Assembly (NCBI GenBank): GCA_041615815.1
Contig: JBFJCP010000046.1
Location: 1-23,293 of the forward strand
Direction of reading: 5' to 3'
DNA length: 23,293 nucleotides
Source of the DNA: Gemmatimonadales bacterium
Lineage (GTDB): Bacteria > Gemmatimonadota > Gemmatimonadetes > Gemmatimonadales > GWC2-71-9
Numbering within the stretch: the first letter of the stretch is position 1; each line of letters opens with the position of its first letter. The position numbers and the translations under genes are program-made. The notes under the pieces were generated by a model. The model made no database searches and had not been told where the DNA came from. It saw nothing but the letters and a program-made list of their open reading frames with translations. Of this stretch, positions 17,335 to 23,293 are shown piece after piece.

Positions 17335-17349
17335 TGGCACAGGGATTGC
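17335..17349 (+). promoter_or_regulatory. sigma54 (RpoN) -24/-12 promoter
   Basis: cTGGCAC-AGGGA-TTGC matches TGGCAC-N5-TTGC with exact GG-N10-GC spacing. Intergenic, ~90-140 bp upstream of the candidate starts of the large surface-protein gene. Confidence 0.72.
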
Positions 17350-17492
17350 CCCTCCGGCTAGCATTGCCGCGCGCGCGCGCCGGTAGCGTTGACCGGTCGC
17401 GACCTCAACCACGAACTGGATCGAACCTAGCGATTTCTTTTTTGGCTCGAACGCGCCCCCTTCTCGAGCGATTCCGCTCCCCCTCGCCTTCC

Positions 17493-20400
17493 GTGCGTCG
17501 CCGTCTGTCGGCGCTCGCCGTCATCCTCGCCGGTGTGGTGGTCGCGGACTGCGGACTCGATGACCTGGTTTCTCCCGGTGAGGGTGGCCGGGTCTCGCTC
17601 TCGCTCACGGTCATTTCGAGCGCCGCGGCCGTGGGTAGTGAGGCCACGCTGACGGCCACCGTCAACGTGACCAGCGTGGGTGGACGCCGCGTGACGTGGA
17701 CGGCGGGAGTGGCGCGACGCAGCTCGTGGCTCTCTCTCAGTAGCTCCAGTGGTACGGTGCCCAGTTCGGTGACCCTGACCCTCGATCCCACCGGGCTCGG
17801 GGTGGGGCAGTTTCGGGACACCGTGATGTTCAATACCGGTGGCAACACGGGCGCCCCCGTGGCGTTGCCGGTCGAGTTCACCATCACCGAATGTGATCTC
17901 GTAGAGTTCACGCTAGGGGAAACCCTGAGCGGCTCGCTCTCCAACGCGGACTGCGGTGCTCCCAACCGCGGCGGTTCGTTCGCCCACGTGTACAGCTTCG
18001 ACGCCACCGCGGGCGACTCGGTTTCCGTCGTGCTGCGGTCGGACGCCTTCGACGGATTCCTGGTGCTCTCCAGCGCCACCGAGACGCCGGTGGCCACCGC
18101 GGGTGGAGATGGTAACAGCCAGGCCGGCACGGAGGCGGCCATCGATCTGGGGCAGCGAACGGACCTTCGCTCCGTCACGGAGCCCGAGCCGTCCCCCCCA
18201 CGTGGACCCGGCGGGTTGGCCCGCGCCCTCCGCATGTTGCCCCTGGCAGAGGACGACGACTGCCAGGGTGTGCCCGGCGATCCCTGCCTGGTGAACGTGC
18301 TGCTCCCGGACGATGGGACGTACCTGGTTGAGGTGACGACGGCCGAGAGCGGTCAGACCGGAGCCTATTCAGTCGAGATCAGTGGTCCCCGAGCGCCTGG
18401 GAGCACGAGCCTGCTGCGTCAATTTCAGCGGGATGGGGTGATCCCGGTGCAGCAGGGTCAGGCGGTGTCCGGAACGGAGGCCGTGCTCACCGCGGTGGTG
18501 TCCGATCCCGACGCCCTCGATTCGCTGCGCATCGAGGTCGAGGTGAAGCCGGTGGGGACCCCGTTCGACGACGTGCCATCGGCGAGCGGGGCTTTGGTGA
18601 CGAACGGAGACACGGCACAGGCCACCGTCAGCGGCCTCGTGGACGACACCGAATACCACTGGCAGGCCCGCGCCGTCGACTTTACGGGCCGGGCCGGTCC
18701 CTGGGTCCCCTTCGGAGCCAACACGGACCCCGACGGCGTGGACTTCCGCACGGTGGTGTCAGACCTTCCCGATGCCCCTAGCGGGCTGGACCAGTCACGC
18801 ACTGACGCCACGCAACTGCCCTTGGGCGCATCGACGGCGGAATCTTCGGTCCGCTTTACGGGCACGGTCTCGGATCCGGACGGCGACAACGTCCGGCTCG
18901 AGGTCGAGGTGGTGCCGGTCGGCACCGACTTCACGAACACCCCCACCGGCACGAGCGTGCCGTTCACTAGTGGCACGGTGGCGGTGCTGGTCGTCTCCAA
19001 CCTCAGCGACGATACCGACTATCACTGGCAGGCCCGCGCGATCGACGCCAACGGGCTGACGGGACCGTGGGTCTCGTTTGGGGGAAACCCGGAGGACGAA
19101 GCCGACTTCACCGTGCTCGTTCCGGGCGCGCCGGACCTGCCCACGGGGCTGCAACAGTTGCGTAGCGACGGCAGCACCGTCATCGGCGTGGGCGCAACCA
19201 CCGACGAGAACACCGTCGTCTTCCGCGGGGCGGTCACCGATCCCGATCCGGGTGATCTCGTGGCCTTCGGCGTCGAGGTCCAGCCCGTGGGGACGGCGTT
19301 CACGGGGATTCCCACGGCGGTGAGTCCCGCCGTCTCGAGCGGCACGACCGCGACGATCGCGATTGGTGGGCTCGCCGACGACACCGAGTACCACTGGCGC
19401 GCGCAGGCCCGGGATCCGAGCGGGACGGCGGCAAGTGGGTGGTTGGCCTTTGGTGGGAACTCGGATTCTCCGCTCCCGGCGGATACCGACTTCGAGATCT
19501 TCATCCCGGCCACGCAGCTGGCCTTCTCGAGTCAGCCGCCCGCCTCGGTGGCCGCCGGCGCCAACTTCAGCGTCACCGTCGAGGCTCGTGAGGCGTCGGG
19601 GATCGTGGATGATGCGTTCAATGGCGACATCACGATTGCCATTGGCACCGACCCCAGCGCTGGTGCGGCCACACTCTCGGGCACTCTCACGCGCACTGCA
19701 GTGAACGGCGTCGTCACGTTCGACGGCCTCAATATCGATATTACGGGCAACGGCTACACTTTGCGGGTCACGTCGGCATCGGTCTCGGCTGGCACCAGCA
19801 ACGCGTTCAACGTGACGGCCTCGAGTGTGGATCCGGGTCTCTCCACGGTCGCCGCGACCCCGACCTCCATCAATACGGATGGTCAGACGTCGACGATCAC
19901 GGTGACGGCGTTCGACGGGCTCGGCAACCCCGTGGTGGGGGCCACGGTGACCCTCGCCGCGACGGGGACGGGCAACACCCTGACGCAGCCCTCGGCGACG
20001 ACGGACGCGAACGGCCAGGCAACGGGCACGCTCGCCTCGACGGTGGTGGGCGACAAGGTCGTGACCGCCACCGCGGACGGCGTCACCATCACCCAGACCG
20101 TCACGATTCCCGTGGTACCGGGAGCGGTGGACCCGGCCTCCTCGATCGCCAACGTGCCTGACGGAACGGCGGGTGCCACCACGACGATCACGGTGACGGC
20201 GCGCGACGCCAACGACAACCCGCTCACCGGCGGTGGTGAGACGGTCGTGGTCAACGTCACCGGTGCGAACTCGGCGGTGCCCGGCGTCACCGACAACGGC
20301 AACGGGACGTACACCGCCTCCTATACGCCCACCAGCACGGGCACCGACAACGTCGTCATTACCATCAACGGCGACGCTATTGGCGGGAGCCCGTTCACGA

Positions 20401-23293
20401 GTAACGTCACCGCGGGAGGAGCCGACCCGAGCCAGACGACGGCGACCGTGCCGGACGGCACGGCGGGAAGCCCGACCATCATCACGGTCCAAGCTCGCGA
20501 CGCCAACGGGAACGAACTGGCCACGGGTGGCGACAACGTCGCGGTCACGGTGACCGGAGCCAATAGCGCGACACCCGCTGTCACGGACAACGGCGACGGG
20601 ACGTACAGCACGCAGTACACGCCCACCACGGCCGGCGACGACAACGTGGCGATCACGCTGAACGGCACCGCCATCAGCGGGAGTCCCTACACCAGCACGG
20701 TGAGCCCGGGGACGGGCAACGCGCTCCAGATCGATGTCCAGCCCTCAACGAGCGCGCAGAGCGGCGTGGCCTTCGCTCAACAGCCAGTAGTCCAGATCGT
20801 GGACGGACAGGGGAACGATGTGGCGCAGAGCGGTGTGAGCGTGGTGGCCGCAATCGCGAGCGGCGGCGGCAACTTGGGTGGTACCACCAACGCGACCACC
20901 AATGCCAGCGGTACCGCCACGTTCACCAACCTGTCCATCAGCGGGCTCGTAGGCAATCGCACCCTGCAATTCTCGGCGACCGGGTTTGTGTCGGCGACGT
21001 CCAATACGATCTCGCTCACCGCCGGACCGGTGAGCGGCAGCAACTCGACCGTCGCCGCGAATCCCACGTCGATCGACACCGATAGCCAGACTAGCACGAT
21101 CACCGTGACCGCGCTCGACGGAGCGGGGAACCCGATCGAGGGCGCAACGGTCACGCTCGGCGCCACCGGCGGTGGCAACACGATCACACAACCGGGCACG
21201 ACCAACGCCAGTGGTGTGACAACGGGGACCATCAGCTCGACGCTGGTTGGCGACAAGACCGTCTCTGCGACCATCAATGGGACCGCGGTGACGCAGACGG
21301 CCGTCGTGACGGTGACACCGGGTGCCCCCAACGCCGGTCAGTCCACGGCCAGCGTACCCAATGGGACCGCGGGCACGGCGACAACGATCACCGTGACGAC
21401 TCGGGACGCGAATAACAATGCGCTGACCAGCGGCGGGGCAACCGTGGTCGTGAACGTGACCGGTGACAATACCGTGACGCCCGCCGTGACGGACAACGGA
21501 AACGGCACCTACACCTCGACGTACACGCCGACCAACGCGGGCACGGACAACGTGGCGATCACGCTGAACGGCACGGCTATCAGCGGGAGCCCGTACACCA
21601 GCACGGTCTCACCGGGCAGTGCCTCCGGTGCCCAATCCGCGATTACGGCCAACCCCACGTCCATCGTCGCGAACGGCTCGAGCTCGACCATCACCGTCCA
21701 GGTACGGGACACGAACGGCAACGACCGCACCACGGGTGGAGACGTCGTGACTCTGTCCACGAACCTTGGCTCGGTGGCGCCATCGCCTGCCACAGATAAC
21801 GGCAACGGCACCTATACGGCCACGCTCACATCCGGCACGACACCGGGAACGGCCACCGTGAGCGGCACGGTCAACGGCCAAGCCATTGGGACCAACGCGA
21901 CGGTCGAGTTTACGGTGGGGGCCGCCAGTCCGGCCACCTCGCAGATTACCGCCAATCCCACGTCGATCACGGCGGACGGGGTCACCACCTCCACGATTAC
22001 CGTGGCGCTCCGCGACGCCAACGATAATCCGCTCACCGCGGGTGGCGACAACGTCACGGTGGCCACGAGCCTCGGGTCGGTCTCTCCAACGACCGCCACG
22101 GACAACGGCAACGGTACGTACACCACGACGTTGACGTCGGCGACCTCTGTCGGAACCGCCACGATCACCGGAACCGTCAACAGCTCGGCGATCACGGATA
22201 ACGCCACCGTGGACTTCACGGCGGGCACCGCCACGCAGCTCGTGTTCACGGTGCAGCCAAACAACGTCACCGCTGGCCAGCCCATCTCGCCCGCGGTCCA
22301 GCTGACCGCGCAGGATGCTCAGGGGAACACCGTCACGAGCTTCAGCGAGCAGGTCACCATGGCCATCGTGACCAATCCCAGCAGTGGAACACTGAGTGGT
22401 ACGTTGTCGGCAACACCGACTAACGGCGTGGCCAGCTTCAGCAATCTGCGGATTGACGCGGCGGGAGACGGTTACACGATCCAGGGAAGCTCGACGTCCT
22501 TGACGTCGGCCGAAAGCAACGCGTTCAACGTCGTGGCCGGGACCGGTCAGCAGCTGGGCATCACGACGCAGCCGTCATCGTCGGTGCAGAACGGCGTAGC
22601 GTTCTCCACGCAGCCGGTCATCCAATTGCAGGACGATCAAGGGAATCCGGTCAGCACGAGCGGGGTCAACGTGATCGCCGCGATCGCAACTGGCGGGCCG
22701 GCGCTCGGTGGGACGATGAACGCGCAGACTGACGCGAGCGGCGTTGCGACGTTCACCAACCTCGAAATCACGGGAGCCACCGGCGACCGTACGCTCATCT
22801 TCTCGGCGTCAGGCTTCACGTCGATCGAGTCGGGTACCGTCACGGTCACCGCCGGACCGATCGATGCTGGAGTGTCGACCGTGGTGGCCAACCCGACGCA
22901 GATCACCACCGACAGTGAGACCAGTACGATCACGGTCACCGCGCGGGACGAGAGCGGGAACCCCATCGAGGGGGCCACGGTGACTCTCTCGGCCACAGGC
23001 ACCGGGAACACCATTACACAGCCGAGCGCGACGACGAATGCGAGCGGTGTCGCGACGGGGACTATCAGCTCCACCGATGCGGGTGACAAGACCGTCTCCG
23101 CAGACATCGATGGCACCGGGGTGACGCAAACGGCGGTGGTGACGGTGGTGGCGGGGGCGGTGAGTGCGGGCAATTCGACGGTGAGCGCCAATCCCACGAC
23201 GATCACGACGGACGAGTCGAGCACGGTGACGGTGACGGTCCTGGACGCTGGGGGCAACCCGATTCAGGGGTCGTCGGTGACGTTCAGCTCGAC
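17493..23293 (+). CDS. Very large Ig-repeat surface protein/adhesin, probable lipoprotein, >1900 aa, 3' end truncated (absent from the ORF track)
   Basis: Reading frame checked by hand at several points. Start is GTG 17493 (alternative TTG 17442): MRRRLSALAVILAGVVVADCGLDD... It contains a BACON-like Ig domain, a PPC-like domain, three ~120-aa FN3-like repeats, then many Big_1/invasin-like (STITVT..D..GNP..GATVT), filamin-like (VTDNGNGTY...YTP) and QLxFxxQP domains. Thr/Val/Gly/Ala/Ser-rich. Confidence 0.9.
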   Translation, partial: MRRRLSALAVILAGVVVADCGLDDLVSPGEGGRVSLSLTVISSAAAVGSEATLTATVNVTSVGGRRVTWTAGVARRSSWLSLSSSSGTVPSSVTLTLDPTGLGVGQFRDTVMFNTGGNTGAPVALPVEFTITECDLVEFTLGETLSGSLSNADCGAPNRGGSFAHVYSFDATAGDSVSVVLRSDAFDGFLVLSSATETPVATAGGDGNSQAGTEAAIDLGQRTDLRSVTEPEPSPPRGPGGLARALRMLPLAEDDDCQGVPGDPCLVNVLLPDDGTYLVEVTTAESGQTGAYSVEISGPRAPGSTSLLRQFQRDGVIPVQQGQAVSGTEAVLTAVVSDPDALDSLRIEVEVKPVGTPFDDVPSASGALVTNGDTAQATVSGLVDDTEYHWQARAVDFTGRAGPWVPFGANTDPDGVDFRTVVSDLPDAPSGLDQSRTDATQLPLGASTAESSVRFTGTVSDPDGDNVRLEVEVVPVGTDFTNTPTGTSVPFTSGTVAVLVVSNLSDDTDYHWQARAIDANGLTGPWVSFGGNPEDEADFTVLVPGAPDLPTGLQQLRSDGSTVIGVGATTDENTVVFRGAVTDPDPGDLVAFGVEVQPVGTAFTGIPTAVSPAVSSGTTATIAIGGLADDTEYHWRAQARDPSGTAASGWLAFGGNSDSPLPADTDFEIFIPATQLAFSSQPPASVAAGANFSVTVEAREASGIVDDAFNGDITIAIGTDPSAGAATLSGTLTRTAVNGVVTFDGLNIDITGNGYTLRVTSASVSAGTSNAFNVTASSVDPGLSTVAATPTSINTDGQTSTITVTAFDGLGNPVVGATVTLAATGTGNTLTQPSATTDANGQATGTLASTVVGDKVVTATADGVTITQTVTIPVVPGAVDPASSIANVPDGTAGATTTITVTARDANDNPLTGGGETVVVNVTGANSAVPGVTDNGNGTYTASYTPTSTGTDNVVITINGDAIGGSPFTSNVTAGGADPSQTTATVPDGTAGSPTIITVQARDANGNELATGGDNVAVTVTGANSATPAVTDNGDGTYSTQYTPTTAGDDNVAITLNGTAISGSPYTSTVSPGTGNALQIDVQPSTSAQSGVAFAQQPVVQIVDGQGNDVAQSGVSVVAAIASGGGNLGGTTNATTNASGTATFTNLSISGLVGNRTLQFSATGFVSATSNTISLTAGPVSGSNSTVAANPTSIDTDSQTSTITVTALDGAGNPIEGATVTLGATGGGNTITQPGTTNASGVTTGTISSTLVGDKTVSATINGTAVTQTAVVTVTPGAPNAGQSTASVPNGTAGTATTITVTTRDANNNALTSGGATVVVNVTGDNTVTPAVTDNGNGTYTSTYTPTNAGTDNVAITLNGTAISGSPYTSTVSPGSASGAQSAITANPTSIVANGSSSTITVQVRDTNGNDRTTGGDVVTLSTNLGSVAPSPATDNGNGTYTATLTSGTTPGTATVSGTVNGQAIGTNATVEFTVGAASPATSQITANPTSITADGVTTSTITVALRDANDNPLTAGGDNVTVATSLGSVSPTTATDNGNGTYTTTLTSATSVGTATITGTVNSSAITDNATVDFTAGTATQLVFTVQPNNVTAGQPISPAVQLTAQDAQGNTVTSFSEQVTMAIVTNPSSGTLSGTLSATPTNGVASFSNLRIDAAGDGYTIQGSSTSLTSAESNAFNVVAGTGQQLGITTQPSSSVQNGVAFSTQPVIQLQDDQGNPVSTSGVNVIAAIATGGPALGGTMNAQTDASGVATFTNLEITGATGDRTLIFSASGFTSIESGTVTVTAGPIDAGVSTVVANPTQITTDSETSTITVTARDESGNPIEGATVTLSATGTGNTITQPSATTNASGVATGTISSTDAGDKTVSADIDGTGVTQTAVVTVVAGAVSAGNSTVSANPTTITTDESSTVTVTVLDAGGNPIQGSSVTFSS
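20640..21607 (+). repeat. Near-identical 62-bp intragenic direct repeat (20640-20701 and 21546-21607)
   Basis: 58/62 identical, all four differences synonymous. Encodes DNVAITLNGTAISGSPYTSTV in two filamin-like domains. Confidence 0.85.

Noticed and set aside
17405..23257. Long - strand ORFs such as 17405-18235, 18795-20492 and 22637-23257
   Set aside because: Antisense shadows of the large + strand surface-protein gene.
1..23293. CRISPR array, IS element, integrase, rRNA or tRNA
   Set aside because: No regularly spaced identical repeats, transposase or integrase motifs, or rRNA/tRNA signatures were seen.

Overview
High-GC bacterial window; the gene content and surface-protein style suggest Gemmatimonadota (inference only). 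In order: a truncated secreted hypothetical gene (-); a secreted S9 peptidase and a two-subunit M16 zinc peptidase (+); a 2-oxoacid:ferredoxin oxidoreductase korAB pair (-); a ~940-bp non-coding interval; a GH84 O-GlcNAcase-family gene translationally coupled to a three-domain NHEJ ligase ligD (-); a divergent ku / MerR-HTH-TPR / form IV RuBisCO-like protein cluster (+); and a >1900-aa Ig-repeat surface protein preceded by a sigma54-type promoter, running off the end of the window (+). The most striking unexplained signal is in the korA-GH84 interval. It holds a dense cluster of DnaA-box-like motifs followed by a + strand unit with a sigma70-like promoter, about 380 nt of nested helices (a four-way junction, a GNRA hairpin) and an intrinsic terminator, but no credible ORF. 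This is a candidate uncharacterised large ncRNA. All helices were found by eye; no folding program or database search was run.
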